In this document: positions 63,219 through 64,000 of the stretch, piece after piece
How positions within the stretch are numbered: position 1 is the stretch's first letter
How the letters are laid out: every line of letters starts with the position of its first letter
Assembly: GCA_030141605.1 (NCBI GenBank)
Contig: JAQGDQ010000014.1
Coordinates: 62,001-126,000, forward strand
Reading direction: 5' to 3'
From: Tubiluchus corallicola
Taxonomy: Eukaryota; Animalia; Priapulida
DNA length: 64,000 bases
Translations under genes and position numbers: made by a program
Notes under the pieces: model-generated
What the model saw: only the letters and a program-made list of their open reading frames with translations
Told to the model about the DNA's origin: nothing
Databases searched by the model: none

Positions 63219-64000
63219 GGATATTATAATTATTATTGTGTAAGGATGCCCAAGACAGGATGATCATATCTATCTATCTATACATACATATAAATATGAG
63301 AGTGGGGATATTGAGAGTTATCAGTTGACTGTAATTAAGTGGCACTGTAATTCTTGTAACAAACGTAAAGACAGCTCAAGCCTGAAATGTAAATAAGTAA
63401 GACAAATGCAGCAGTTCACAGGCATTTCTTATTCGACATAACATGTGTATTACACGCAAAAAACATTACGCATTCTCAGTATCTCAGTGTGTACACAGGT
63501 TCTGCGTTTAGGTTTGCTCATAAAACTCCCTATACCCCATACTTATTCCCCATACTGACAGCCTTCGACAAAACAAAAATTTGCGAACAATTTATGTAAC
63601 CTGAAACTTGCAACTTAGGCACAATGCATCGTATATCATAATATAACTGAAAATAGACGCATAGTTGAGAAAAACATCGCGGTTTACTATGCCATAGCAG
63701 TTGCACCAAGCGTTTTCTGTACGCGAAAATACTTGTATAACCAAATCGACAATATGAAATATTAAGAGTAATTCCGGTTAAATAAATGGCGCTACAGACA
63801 AGATTTCATCTCAGGTTTATCGTTGAATTTACGACCTGAAACGGCGATTCGCCAATGGTAAAGTATTTAATGACGGTGGCAAATTAAAGCACTTTTATTT
63901 AGTTTTTCAATCTTCAAACTGCAATTTGTATACAGAACACATGTGGAATTCTGCCGTTTAAATACACCGAGTTTTTTATTTTGCTCATATGGGAAACTGT

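Overview
This is AT-rich animal (eukaryotic, intron-rich) genomic DNA, not prokaryotic. The minus strand carries the N-terminal half of a Discs large (DLG1/SAP97/PSD-95-family MAGUK) gene. I rebuilt it by hand from GT-AG exons with consistent phases: the C-terminal half of L27, a proline-rich exon, a microexon, PDZ1, PDZ2, then a run of symmetric proline-rich linker exons. The first L27 exon(s) were not found and are inferred to lie beyond 64000; PDZ3/SH3/GK are inferred to lie below position 1. The roughly 50-kb region between L27 and PDZ1 holds several candidate alternative first exons and microexons with phase-0 donors. One encodes a CCVCC cysteine cluster next to a KSVRF (RVxF) PP1-docking motif. 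On the plus strand, antisense and apparently nested in a dlg intron, is an intact intronless 553-aa SH3-SH2-tyrosine-kinase-fold ORF. Its SH2 phosphotyrosine arginine, alphaC glutamate, HRD aspartate and DFG motif are all replaced, so it looks like a Src-like pseudokinase. The rest is intron containing MITEs, a Helitron-like element, a decayed pogo-type transposase, a tRNA-derived SINE, inverted and tandem duplications, and microsatellites. All calls are by eye with no database search; most short ORFs in the supplied track are judged spurious.
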